The position numbers and the translations under genes are program-made. From Vicugna vicugna (taxonomy: Eukaryota): 64,000 nt of DNA. Below are positions 37,141 through 50,599 of this stretch, one piece after another (the stretch's first letter is position 1; every line of letters begins with the position of its first letter). Below the pieces are notes generated by a model, which searched no databases, was not told the DNA's origin, and saw only the letters and a list, made by a program, of their open reading frames with translations. The stretch lies in the NCBI GenBank assembly GCA_013265495.1, contig MU058009.1, positions 3,677,780 to 3,741,779 of the forward strand. Reading direction: 5' to 3'.

Positions 37141-40100
37141 AACAAGACATGTACGAGGCGACAGTTACTCAGAGGTTTACAGGACAGTGCTGCACAGTGA
37201 GATATAGGCAGACATGTGATCGGGGCTGAGGAGGAGATCTTCCACGAGGAATAAAATATCTGGAGACCATTTCGTGGGGGGAAGTGGGACTTGAACTGGG
37301 CCAGCAGGAACATGTGAGCTTTGGACAGTAGACGGAGGCAGTCTCAGGTCATCACTCCACACCTAGTTAGTGGCATCCTCAAGACCAGTAGAATCCCAGG
37401 GCAAAGGTGAGAGGCATTGTTGGAGGGGCGCTGAACCACCCCTTCCCTCCTGCCTGATGCTGTCCTGGGGTCACCATCAGAGCTGAGGACAAAGCTGGAT
37501 ACGAATGCCGCACGGGCTGCAGGCCCTGGCGGAGCTGGGTATTCGTCTTGTTGAGGGGCCCATAGTGGGATTCAAGAGACTAGTCCAGAGGGATGAGCAC
37601 TTTTTGCCCAGAATGGAGTTAAAGAACAAAGGCTGGATTGGGTATAGGTGGGACGCTGGAACTTGAGAGAATGTTTACTAAGTAGGAGGGGGACCTGGGG
37701 ACATCCTTGGAGGGACCTGGTGAAGAACTGAGAGTTTGTCCACCTGCCTCCTTGGCAGGGACAGTAGCACAGACCAGCCAGAGGGTGAGTGTGTCAGCCT
37801 TTGGAAGAGCTGCCACTTTCCAGTGAACCAGGGGGAGCAGGCGTGGCGTTGTGTTGATGTGGGTCGGGGAGGGAGCAGCGGACGGACCCACTAAATGCCA
37901 GGCATCCACCTGGCACCATCTTGGGGGAAGGTTTCTGAACATCAGCTTTCAAAGGCCCTTAATCCGTAGGTTTCTTCCTGGGACCTTTGCTGGTGATGGA
38001 GTCAGATGCAGCCCTGGCTCATGCTTAAAAGGCTCACAGAGAAGGTGCAGAGCAATTCCCCGGTAGTCAGCAGGGCTTTTAGAGCAGCTGACATATCCCC
38101 CTGCAGGAGATGGTTTGGCCGCCTGCAGCTGGATGGAACACCCTGCCTTGCCTGGTTTTTCCCTCTTTTCCTCCACGCATTGCCCGAACTGCCCTCCCCT
38201 TTCACCTGCACTGTGTCTGTCCCCTTTGAATTGTTTTTATGAGCCTGGATCCAGTCCACGTGGGGCTCCCTGGGGGAGGAATGTGGCACCCTCCCTCTGC
38301 CGAGGTGCACAGGCTGGAGCAGGGCATTTGCAGAACAATAGGTACCTGTCCTGTGAGTGATCCAGCCTCGCTCAGCCTGGAGGAGCCCCTGCCCGTGCAG
38401 GGGAGGTTCAGCCCATTCATTGTGTGATGCAGCCTCTGTGTACTTTGTCAGCAAGACAGAGAACACACACGATTTTCTCTGGCTTTTAGGATTTCCATAT
38501 TTATTGCTTGTTTGCTACCACCAGGGAGAAGAGAAGGGGGAAACAGCAACTTTCTCCATTTGAAATTTTAAACATGAGCATGTGAGTCCCCCCCACCCCC
38601 ACCCCATCCCCTACAGATCCAGAGATGCACAGAAATGTGGAGTATTCGAGCTGGAAGCAGTTGAGAAATCCAAACCGCATTTCCTCACTTCACACGCAAG
38701 GAAGCCCCGGGTAGGGGTGAGGGACTTGGTCATCACCCCATACCTGGTTAGTGGCATCCCTGAGACCAGCATTTATCCCCTGAATCTGAAGTTACTTCCC
38801 CGCCACTGCACCACGCAGGCTTTTTTTCTATTCATATCACAGTCCTACTCTGTGCAGATCCCTCGGTGCGGAAGGTGCTGTGTGGCTGGCCTGTGTGTTT
38901 CCTGCTTTCATCCTCACAAGGGTGGAGATTTATCTTCAATGGTCCAGATGTTGAAATACTGGGATCACAGAGCAGGTGAAACAGCCAGGGCAGGAGGTGG
39001 CCGCTGCCCTCCAGGATGGCACCATCCAGGGGAGGCGAGGACACAGAGCAGGTGCGACCCAATCGGAACGAAGCATTTGGGAGCTGAAGCCCCCAGTGCC
39101 TGGCGTGCGGTACAAGCTAGATGTTTGCTGGTGGACAAGAGGGGCCAGGAAAGGCTTTTCAAGAGAGTGGTACTGAGGTTAGCTTCCAGAAGAATTTCAG
39201 CTGATGGCCATGTGGGAAGGCATCTCCAGCAAACAAAAGGCAGAACATGACCTAGGATGTGTTCAGGGAACAGCGCGTGGGCAAGCGTGTGTGGGGGGCG
39301 AGTGTGTGTGCAGAGGGAGTGAAGGCGGGACTAGAAAGGTCGTTCTGCCGTTCATGGGGTGGATGTAACCGCGGGTCCGCTGTAGGTGGCGGGCACCATT
39401 GTGGGCTTACGGTTCTGCAGCCAGTAAGTCAGGTTGAGGACAAGAGGCACTTACCCGCACACAGACTGTGAGGTGCAGCGAGTCCCCGGGAGTCCATGGC
39501 GACGGATAACAAGGGAAAGCCAGCGTGGGAAAAATCAGGGTCAGGAGCCCCCCAAGCAAGGGAGAGGCAACAGGGAGGCTTTGCGGCAAGAACACACTTG
39601 GCACATTTGAGAAAGAGAAAATAAAGGGCCCGTGTGAAATACGTTTTGGGAAGTCTACCAGCGGGAGCAGAGTTTGGGGTCGGATTGTTTAGGGCCATCT
39701 AATCCACGGCCGGGAGATTGAATTTCATTCCAAGTGCGATGCAATGAAGCCTAGCCTCCTTCCCCGCATGAGCTGGCCTTGGCCTCTGTCTCCATGGGAG
39801 CGGCGCGCCCACGATGTCCCCCACGGCAGCACTGAAAGCCGGCCTCCCATGCGCATCGTGCCGGGCGAGGGGCCCGACCTCCCACTCTCGCTTATGACAG
39901 CCCTGCCACAGTCTGGGGGGCATGCTGTGGAGCCCCTGGGAAATCTCTGGCTGATCCCTTAGAAAATAGATGGCCATTCAACATGTCTGAGGCTGGGAGT
40001 AACATAATTCAAGCTATTTAAGCATTTTTTAAGATACTGAAAACCTCTAGGGACATTCAAGTTACATGAAGATGCCTCTCTGTTGAAATCTGGGATCCAT

Positions 40101-43100
40101 TTAGATGTGGAAAGGCTAACGGGCCAACAGGCGTGCCTTCCTTGGGCATAAGAAGAGGTTGTCTGCATCCAGATGCTCCTGTCAACACTCTCTCTTGCAG
40201 AATTGATTGGACTCTTCAGTCCTCATTCTCCAAGACTCGAAGGTGCGAACTCAGAATACATCCACAGTGAGCAGAACTTAAAGGCACAGGCTACCACGTG
40301 ACAGCCCCAGCCGAGCCTGCAGCATCGCTGGGATGATCTAAAGCTGGTTGTGGGGGACGTACAGCGGCCTCTGTGCTCCTCACCCCCAGGGTTCATCTTC
40401 CGGCTTCTCATGAGTTAGGTGTGAAATCAAAATAGTGCCTCGCTCCTTTAAGACTCCTTCCCAGGATAATGGAATTTGTGATCTCACAATTGCATGAATC
40501 ACTGCCAGCCCCCTTCAGTCAATTCATATTTCTAGAGTTCGTTAGTGGCTCAGGAGGAAATTGCATTTATTATAATTGCTTCTAATTGCACCAGATTAGT
40601 GATTACAATTATTGATGGCAGCTGATTATTCATTAAGCATCAAATCAATTCCCGTACTTATCATTACTCGAAACAGTGACTCTGATGAGGAGAGGTCTTA
40701 CAGGAGGCCGCGTCCACCCTCTCCCCTTCCTGCCGGGCCACCTCGCCATGCTGTCTCTAAACGAGCACCTGAGAACAATTCAGGGCGTAAAGTGACAGAG
40801 AGGCATCCATCCCCTTCCCATCCAGCGCCCAGGGCCGAGCCCGGCACTGGCTGACGACGCCGTGGAGTCTGTTAAACATCACCAAAGGCTATTTGGAGGC
40901 CCCGGAATGCTCCGGGCCTGACAGGCTCTTCCAGGAAGTCCTTCTCGGTTGCATGGTGGAAACATCAGAGTTCCCTGGCCCACCTCTTCTGAGACATGTG
41001 TCACCCAGAGTGTGAAACTAGGCCAGAGAGCCACACGGATCAGACTGGAAGTTCTGGCCCCAGGGGAGCTACACGGAGCCCGGCCAGATGCCTGCCACGC
41101 CTGGGCCGGAGAGTCCCCTGTGGGTTGTAGGTGAACAGGGAGGAGATCTCTGGTCCCCTTGCTTCCCACCTGGAATCTCTCACTGAGAATGATGCTGACA
41201 GAGAGGAAGAGCCAATACTCACGTGAGGACTGAGTCCCTCCCTTAGAGGGCTGTGCTGACGGCTGAATTAGGTAACATGTCTAAAGACCTTGTCTTGCCA
41301 GGTAGAGTAGTCACTCAATGAACGTCACTTCCACATCACCTTCAACAGTTTTATTCCTCGTCTCGTCCTGCGCTGGCTCAATATTAACTGTGAATTCACT
41401 GTCGCTGCAGTTTCTTGCCCAAACCAGGGCGTTTGTAATAGAAGAGCAGCTTCCAGAAGACCTTCCCGTGAGGGTTTCCGTTCTTTGGCTCATTCATCGG
41501 TCCCTACAGCGTGCCGGGCACTGGATCTCGAGGAGCTGAGGGATAAATAAATCATAGGAACTGACCTGGAGCAGCTCGCAGCCAGATAGGAAAGACTGTC
41601 CATTCTGTTGCCAAGGCTTTGTTTCATTCAAGGAATGTGCAAGGTCTGATATGCCCACAGAGGCTGGAGAGGCCCAGCGCAGCTCAGAGGGTCAAGAAAG
41701 GCTCGAAGAGCTGGGATTTGAGATGGGCCTTGAAACTGTGTGAATCTCTTCAAACGCCTGGTGGAGTGGCTAGACTTCCAACAGGGCAAGCAGCACCAGG
41801 AAATCCAGAGGCAGGGAGGGGAGGCGTTGTGGAGCGGGGCCGCGTGACCACTGTGATGACGCCAGGTGCTGTCCCCAGAAGCCCCCGCGGACAGAAACCT
41901 CCATGACCAAGGGGCCTTCCCTTCCTGAGCGGCTGAGGCCTCAGAGCTGTGGAGTTGTCGGAGGGTTTCCCTGTGGACTCCCTGAGACCATCGCCTCTGA
42001 TGACGCAGAATGCTAACCCGTGCTTTCCCCAGACTTCCGAGTCACTCAGATCTGCCCCCGTCCCCGTGCCCTCAACCGTCATCCTCGTCCCTCCCCTGCT
42101 TTTCACAATACCCCTCATACACCTGTGACTCAGTTCACAGGGCGTAAGTGTCCACAGGGAGAGAGGTGTTCGGACGCGCTGTTGCCTACACAGACACAGA
42201 CGGGAGAGGGCAGGAGGAGGCGCGCAGGTCAGGTCTGATCTAGTCCCAGGCCCTCTGGGGAGGTGAACAGTGGTCCCCACACCACCCAGAGGATGGGGCC
42301 CAGAGCCTGGATGTCACGGCTCCGGTGCCTTTCTCTCACGGGTCTTGCCCACCTGGTTGCCAACCTCTCTGCCTCTTTCAGGGAAGCTGGAGGGGAACGT
42401 GTGACTTCTCTGGGCAGAATGCATCTCTCTCCTGCCTTAAGTCTCTTGTGCATCCTACTTCTGAGCGAGCGGACACTTGCTTTTGTCCTGAGCCCTCTCC
42501 AGTCCCAGGCTATTTATCCATGCAGGAGGAGACCAACTTTCCTCTCCAGCTGATGCCTCCTTTGCCTCCCATCTGCTAAATGTCCCATATGGTGGGTCTC
42601 CTCTCTGAAGGCTGATCTTTTAGGGGGACGAAATACATAAGTGTGTAATCACTTCCAGAGAAACCGGAGAATATGAATGTTCTGTGGTCGGTCAGATCCC
42701 CAGACCATGCTCTCTCTCTCTAGGCAGCTGCATCCACTCTCAGCCTCTTGCCGAGACCCACTGGAGGTCAGTCCCTGATCAGGTGCAGCAGTGGGGATGC
42801 TCACCCGCTGACTTGGAAACGGGGGTGTGTTTGGCAGTTTTCCGACTGAGGAGAAAGCTACTGTGGCCAGAACCAGAAGGAAGTTCTGTGTGGTGACCAA
42901 GAGCCACAGGGATTTGCCTGGGCTGCTCTGGGAGGCCACCTTGAGTCTGCCGGCAGCTCCCACGTGGGGTAAGGACAGGCCCTGCTCTGCCCCGGCAGCT
43001 CGAAGCTTCAGACAAAGAGCCCCTGCCCCTGTCCAGCCCTCTGCCAGCCAGCGCCCGTGGTCCTGTATCGTCCCGGTAACAGTTGGTAAACGAGTCCCAG

Positions 43101-43708
43101 GCTAGCCGCTCGCGCAGGATGGCTGTGCGGTAAGAGCCTTCATCCTTATGGCAGGCACATTAATGCCAAGTTTGCTCATTCTAATTAATAACAGTCAGTA
43201 AACACCAAAGAGAGCTAATGATGATTGCAGGCCGCAGCTCCTGCGTGTTAGCAAACACACACAGGCAGGTGGTCCCCTCCCTCCCAGGAAGGGGCTGGGC
43301 CTGCTGCTTGCAGAGATGCCATCCCGTCCTCACCAGAGCCCTGCCTCACGTGGAATACATCTCAGGTTGCTTCTCACCCCAGTCCCTGGCAAATAAGAGA
43401 GGAACGAGGTCCATGCAGCCCAGGCACGTGGCAAGGACCGGCTTCGAGAAAGAGGGCCGGGAGGCAGGGCCTTGGGTCGTCTGGGTTCTGAGACAGGTCT
43501 CCCCGGCACTTGGGATTGAACCATTTCTTTCTGTGTTTTTCCCTTATTTTTAAAGTATTTTTTCCAATTCCCAAAGTAATGCAGTTTGCTTTGAAAATTA
43601 CAATACTGCAGATGTGGGTAAAGAAGGGAGTGCCTCCCTCATCCTGCTCCAGAGGCGGGTTTGTCACCTGCGGGTCATCCACATCCCCGTCCTCCGTCTC
43701 CCCTCCCC

Positions 43709-43940
43709 GTGTCCCTCCCTGCCCGGTGCCCCTCCCTGGCCGGTGCCCCTCCCATGGCTGGTGCCCCTCCCTGGCCGGTGCCCCTCCCTGGCCGGTGCCC
43801 CTCCCTGGCCGGTGCCCCTCCCATGGCTGGTGCCCCTCCCTGGCCGGTGCCCCTCCCATGGCTGGTGCCCCTCCCTGCCCGGTGCCCCTCCCATGACTGG
43901 TGCCCCTCCCTGCCCGGTGCCCCTCCCATGGCTGGTGCCC
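43709..43940. repeat. GC-rich minisatellite, 17/18-bp variant units GGTGCCCCTCCC+(TGGCC|TGCCC|ATGGCT|ATGACT)
   Basis: 12 complete units plus partial flanking units, counted directly. Confidence 0.95.
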
Positions 43941-44924
43941 TGTGGTTTCATCCCACCACTCGGTGACCCCTGTGATGAGCCCTTCCCTCCTGGTCCAGCA
44001 GAGCTTTCCCCGCCCTCCAGCCCTAGCTCTACCCCGTTTCCTGGTCCACGGGTTCTTCCTGTGGTCATATTTCCAGGGCAAAGAAGAAGGAATGACGAGG
44101 GGGGGAAGCTCTGCAGGGCCCCGAAGACACCTCATCCTGGAGTATTTTCTTTGAGTTCCAGGAGTCAGGGCGGTTAAACATAGTCACATAAACACCTTCT
44201 CCTTTGGGTCTGAATCTAAATTTAGAGTGTATCACTTCTCAAAATGGTCCCTGACCTGGTGCCCCGGGGTGTGCGTGCAGCTGCCAAGAGCATCCCTGGT
44301 GGGTTTGGAAGATCCTCCTCTGGGATCCTGTCACTGCCTGTGGTCCCCTGGCCGCCCAGCAAGGCGGCCCCACAGCAGTGGCTGGGCCCCGGGGCACAGA
44401 GCAGCCCACTGCGGTGGAGTCAGGAGCCCATCTATGGTCTGGTGTTTGGCTGGAGGACCCCGGCCCCTCGCAGTCTGTCATGTTCTCCTTCGTTCACCCG
44501 ACTCTCCTCCTTGCAGATGCTAGTCATTTGGCTACAAGGGTAACATTTCTTTTATCAGCATCCCTGCAATTCAGACAATACTTTCTTTCTCAAAGGACCA
44601 TTTGATCTGCCCCCTGCCCCAGAAGAGGCTCTCTGCAAGTTGAAGAGCGAAGAGAGTAGAAAGGACGGTGAGGCGTGGCCACGGGCCCTTTCTGAGGGTG
44701 CTAATGATCAGATCCAAAGAAATAACAGCGTGTGAGTGGACTGGCTTGCCTTTTAAATGGACGGGACCTTACACCTTGTTTCTTTTTTTCTTTTTTCTTT
44801 TCTGTCTCCCTTTCTATGGCTGTTAGTCTTTCTGCCATTTTTTTTTCTCTCCCTCCCTCCTCTCCTCTCCTTTTGATTAGAATAAGGAAAGAAAGGCATT
44901 TCTAAATTCAGTTCGGTGCATCCT

Positions 44925-45610
44925 GGGCCTTCATTTGTCCACCTATTCGTTCCTTCCCCCGACATTCTCGGAGCCCTTACCCTGCATCCATGTCTTGGCT
45001 AGTTTCTCGGAACAGAGAGACGGACAGACACTCTCTGCTCGGGGGCAGCACTGATTCAGCAAGGGGAGGGAGTCGTGAAGTTGAAAAACTATTAAATACA
45101 CGCAGGAGACGCGGGAGCTTAAAGAAGCCGATAGGCAGGTCTGCGGGTCGCATCAGGGGAAGCTTCGCAGGGGACGTGCCATTTGGGCGGAATATTAAGC
45201 TGTGTTGAGGGTGTCACCAAGTAGCTGCTGGGAGCACGGCTGCAGGTGGAGGGAGTTGCCTGAGCGAAGGCCTAGAGTCAAGGGCTGCCCCACCTTGGGA
45301 CGTTTGAGTGTCCAAAAGCCGTCTGACCCGGCTGGGAGGGTGGCCATGAGAGCCGGTCATGGGGTTGCTCAGCAGGGACCCGGCAGGATCCTGGAAAATG
45401 CACGCAGTATGTCAGCTGAGCGGCGGAGCGGAGGCATTTGTGTTTCACCTGCTGCCCTGCTGGAGTGTTTGAACTTTTGTCTCACTTCTATTAAAATGTA
45501 ACACTAGCAGATTAGAGCCTCGTGCACTGAGCTAAGGCTCTGGTCTCCGCCTCTTTGAGAGCAGGGGGCAGGGAGGGTTTACGCAGGACAGTGGTGCGTT
45601 GGGGGTTCTG
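44925..45610 (-). mobile_element. L2 LINE remnant
   Basis: TCATTTGTCCACCTATTCGTTCCTTCCCCGACATT...AGACGGACAGACACTCTCTGCTC...CATCAGGGGAAGCTTC. Confidence 0.45.
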
Positions 45611-48600
45611 TGACTGTCTCTGTTTCCTGTCCCTTCGATTTAAAATAGGTGAGTGTAAGCTCTTTATGTATTTCTTGAAAATCTAAACCAGGCATTTTTT
45701 TACCCCTGAGTAACACTTGGTTGATCTTGCTGTCTGTTGGTCAGTGACCCTCCGTGGATGGAGCAGGGCTCCCGCTGCTCCATCAGCAGCTCCACTCTGT
45801 CCCTGGTAGCGGCCCCATTCCCCTGTCCTCCTGGCTCCCGACACCTGCCTTTCCTCTCACGTTCTGCACAGCGGGGATTTCTGCTAAGGCTGGAGAATTG
45901 CCTGTCACCCCCTGGCCGACATAAACCGTGTCAGGTCTTCCAGACTCAGGAGCCATCCGTGCTCCCTGCACCGGCCGATGCGCGGGGCACCCGGCTCCTC
46001 TCCCTGGGCCTTCCCCGTCTGGCCTCACCGTGTGCCCAGGTAGCAGGAGATGCCCGGCAGCCTCTGCAGCCGCCTCCACCACTGGGGAGAGTAAATGCGG
46101 GACCACAGCAGCCAGGAGGGCCAGGCACCGCGCTGGCCTCTCTGCAAAGTGCCCAGTGACTCTGGGAGGGAATGAGAAAGCAGTTGGCCTTGGGATCCTC
46201 GAGGAAAGCGGGGGCCCAGAGGCAGTAGCTTCCTCCCTCTTTTCCCTGCTTCTCAAGCTTTCTCCTCCTCTGAATCCGTCTTCCAGGCCTCAGAACCCCT
46301 GTGCCTGTCTCCCCTGGGCGGCCCTGGTCTTCCAGGCAGGGCTGCTTTCTCCCTGTCCCTGCAGCCCTTGTCCCGTCCTGGGGCTTCGTGCGTCCTGCTG
46401 TCCTTCGTGGTGTTTGCCCCTCGGTGGCCCTGGTCTGTGAGCTCCGGCGCCAACCCGCCTCCTCCAGGCAGGCTTTCCTGGGACTGTAGTTCTTACTTAT
46501 CTCCTGTCACCTCGGCTCCCACAGACCTCGCCGTGTGACTTCACACCTCATTCACCTCGCTCATGGACTGGGTGCTCTTGGAGTCTGTGCATCAATCCTG
46601 TTTGTTCTTTGGAAAGTCTTTGAGGGTGGGAGCCAGCATTTATAAGTCGCCAGTGTCTCCCCAACCTCAGAGCATGCTACGAGGCAGCAGGTGGCCAGGA
46701 GGCATCGTTTGAGAGCACAGACTTGTTTTCAAGGTCACACCGAAACAGCAGGAGCTCTGGAAAGAGGCAGGCAGGTTCCAGCTCAGCCTGGACCGCGTGT
46801 CAGTTAAATGATCTTGGGCACCTGAATTTAAAGGGGCTTCTCCTCCTGTGACTATGAAATCGGGAGAGTAACACTTCTCTGAGAATTTTAGTGGCTGTTA
46901 CGTTAGAAGCGTAAAGGAAGTGACGTGGGGACTAGGTTTTACTAGGCCGGTGATGCAGCGGCGTTCCTTCTCAGACCGTGGCAAGGACTTTTTTTCCCTT
47001 TGGACACAAACATGTTTTGCCTCTACCATCACCCACCCCTGCTGCATTTTTTCTAAGTCAGTCCCGCCCAGGGAAGAAATAGCCCCCAGGCAGTGCGCAC
47101 ACCGGGGTGATGCCTCGAGGAGTGAGTTGGGAGAAGGCAGAAAACGAATTAAAAAAAAAACGTGTTCTGTCTCCCAAGACAGGAGGGATAAAAGCTGATC
47201 GTCTTTTATATTCACGGGGCTTTTCTTTTCCTTCCCCTCCTCAGAGACTCAGTGTATATAAATGTAAAGTTATAGTAATTATAACGTGCAGATTAAATGC
47301 AGTATGGACAAGGCTTCAGGAGATACAGAACTTTGCTGATTCCCACTGGAATGGGGAGAGCACAGTCAGCTCTCCCACCCGCTGACTTCTCCTTTCTGAT
47401 CCAGGGGGACTGCCTGGAGGAGGTGGGGAGGGATGAGAGGCTGACCCCTGGCTGCTTTGCTTATTCATGTGGAAGACCCCACTGCCTCCGGGCCTCTGGG
47501 TGTATCTGCATCCAGCAGTTTGCATGTAGCTTAAATGAAAAGAGAGAAGCTGGCCGCAAGCTTGCTATGGACCAGTCACTGAAAGTCAGTTGCTGGATAG
47601 CTGGGAATTCGGAACGCTGGCACGGAAAGGGTGGCAGGAAGAAGTCTAGAGTAATGAGGGCTTCATAACCGGCGATCTGAGTGCCCTCACAATCGGGGGT
47701 CCTTGAAGCCAGAATTCATGGCTCGTGCATCTTGTTTCACACCTGACACCTGTGCATATATGACGATTAAAAGGACGAATGAATGTATGAATGACCAGAG
47801 GCAGAGAAGCTCCTCGTCCCCACCACTCACTACTCTTCCTAGTGTCCAAGAAGACATTCCAAGAAAGCATGGTAACCGTTCAGAGGCAGACCGGAGAAGG
47901 GAGCTTTCTCCCAGTCCGGAATACCCTCAAATCCTATCCTAGAGTTTGCCAGCAGAAGCATAGAAGCGTCAGAGCACGGAAGTTGGGACATCTCAGCGGG
48001 AAGGAGCCTGTGTTTACCTGAGATGGTGCCGCAGTGTATTGCAGTCAGTTGAATAAGGAAATACATGTCTCGGTCACACCCTGTGTAGAAGGAACTCCAG
48101 GAGAACAGGGACAGAAGGAGAGACAGTGAAGGGCTCTCGACGGCCCACAAGGTGCCAGGCACTAAGCTGAGCCTTCATGCTTATTATCCCACAACGAGCC
48201 CTAGAGCAGTGATCGAACCCATAATTTCCCAGGAAAACAACACAGAGCAAAATAAAGTGAGATCCAAGAATGGGAGGTAGTCCTCCCCCAGCCACAAAGA
48301 GCTCTGTTTTCTGTACCCAAAGCTTCTTGACCCCCCATGTTCCTGTGCCTTGGACACTAAGGCAGGGTATTCATTCAAGGACACACTATTGGAGGTGATG
48401 CAAAGCCATTCCTTGCAGCCTTTCAAAAATCTTCATTAGTGAAGAGTTGGAAAGTGGGAGAGGGTGGGGATGGCGGGACAAAATAGTCACAGGAGGAAAT
48501 TAAATTCTGCCCCAGAGATGATTACCATCTAGCACCAATGACAGAGGCCCCATCCTTCAAAACGACGACACACAGTTTAAGGTCGAGTCCTTTTCATATG

Positions 48601-48729
48601 CCCCTATGCCCACCGTGAATGATGTCGACTTAACACAAGAACAACAAAGAAAACCCTGTGAAAGAGACATTGTTGTGTTTCTTTTTTAGGTGAGGGAACT
48701 GAGGCTAAGATTGTAGCATTTGTTAATGC

Positions 48730-49385
48730 TGCTGCTGGTAGACGTGGCTGGTGTCCAGGTTCTTGTCCCGTCGCAGAAAGAATTCAGAGACGGGACGTGG
48801 GGGTTAGGAAAGTAAAGTTGGAATTTATTAAGGGGTGGATGGCATACTCTCAAGGGGAGAGCAGGCAGGCTCAGATGAGCACCTGCCCTGACTTTCTTTG
48901 GCACGTTGGTTACACAGGGTGTAGAAATGAGTGGGCGGAACAGTCACTGGGGAGGGAAGGGTCTGGGGTCGCATCCCCTGATTTTCCTCCCAGCTCCCCC
49001 TTCCCGAGGGGAGGAGGGATTTTTGTCCTTATTTAGTCTGGATTGGAAGTGTCATGGTGTCGGTGCATGGTGGGTACCTCTAATCTGCAAGGCTGATTTT
49101 ATTGAAATGAGGGCACAATGAGCAAGAAGTTACATTTGGACCCTGGAGATCCCTGCCTTTCCCCACCTTTCTTTGTCAGCCTCCAGGGCACTTGTCACCC
49201 CAAAATGTGTGATTTCCTATCAGCCCAGAGGTTCCTGCTTTTCTTTCTCTGCCCGGGGACCCCTGGTGCTTATGTGATGCAGGGTTTCCTGCATGTGGCC
49301 GGTGCCCCTCCTTCCTGCCCAGTTCCTGCATGTGGCCTGCGTCCCCTTTTCTCTGCCCATACCTAGCTGTCCACCTGCGCTAACG
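48730..49385 (-). mobile_element. Solo ERV1-class LTR (related to 493-1026) inserted into a MIR
   Basis: 4-bp TSD ATGC (48726-48729 / 49386-49389), termini TG...TAACG and TTTATT (AATAAA on minus) at ~48824. The host MIR continues on both sides (GGGAACTGAGGCT ... GGTGGCAGAGCCTGGATCAGACCCAAG). Confidence 0.8.
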
Positions 49386-50599
49386 ATGCTACTGGTGATG
49401 GTGGCAGAGCCTGGATCAGACCCAAGCCTTTCACTCTGGAGCCCTGTCTTTAGCCTCTGTCCCCGGTACACCCTGTGCCATTTTGTGGAGAGGAGGGATG
49501 TGGGCATCCTTCAGAGAGCAGAGTGATAACCTTAGAGGGAAGACAGTGGCTTATAAAGGAAACACTTCTCAGGAGAGTCAGTAAACCTGGCAGAACTATG
49601 TAAACAAAAACAAACAAGTGGACCTTGAAGGTGAAGGGAGAACATTTAGTGTGGAAATATCATGAGATATTCCTCAAAAAATAAATAAACGCAGAGTCTC
49701 ATGATTGCAGCGGTCACAGAGGTTTGAGAACATGGTGTCTCCCCTTTTCACCCTCTTGGGAATTCAATCCTCAGTATACACAAAGGCTCCAGAAAAGAAA
49801 TCAATTTAACGTTGTTAAAACTGATGTGTTTCAAGCACATGGAACCACGAGCCAACGTGTCCATCATTTATTCTTTACATCTTTTGTTACCATCCTTGCT
49901 GGTGTTCCAGAATCCTCTGTCTGCTGGTTAGATGTGTGTTTCCCAAGGTCTTTTTTCTGCCTGCCCTGCCCCTGAGAGGACCCACAGGTGTCCTGGTGGG
50001 GACTCCGTCTGGGTGCTGAGAGGCAGGGACACGTACCAGAAGCTGCGGCTGCAACAGCAGACCCGGAGCCCTCAGGTGGGAGAAGAAAGCAGGTCCGCAG
50101 CCCGCCAGCTGGAAAGGTGCAGCCCGAAAATAGCTCGTTTTCTGAGGTCAGGCTCTCACCTTGGACGTCAAGGCTCCTGCACACCGGGCGCAGGCGGGAG
50201 GAGGGCCAGGGCCCCTTTGGCCATCCATCGCCGTTAAAGAACAGGTGCAAAGACTGAGGGTTTCCGTGGGCTCGGACTGCTGCAAATACCTTTTTAGTAT
50301 GTGTCCCTCAATTCCTGTGTCTTGATCAGAGTCTGAATGCTTAGACAATCCGGCAGACTCCAGTGAGGCAAAGACTGAGGCGTTTTATGATAGAACCCCC
50401 AAAAGGACAGTTCAGCATCGTCAGGTATTGGGGAGACGTCAGTCAAGACCAGGCTGAGATGCTAAGACACGCTCCTAGACTGGGGACGGAGGAAGGAGTG
50501 GGCGGGGGGAGGGAGAGGGAGGGGGAGGGAAGAGAGGAGACAAGAAACCCTCAGAACCCAGTGTGGGTGAGGCCAGAGTGAGGCCCACCTCACACACAG

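Noticed and set aside
43709..43940. Repeat-spacer appearance (CRISPR-like)
   Set aside because: The 12-bp core has 5-6-nt recurring variants rather than unique spacers, the context is mammalian, and there are no cas genes.
43374..44135. Longest ORF (253 aa) and overlapping repetitive ORFs
   Set aside because: They stay open in several frames only because of the stop-free GC minisatellite. No protein family resemblance.
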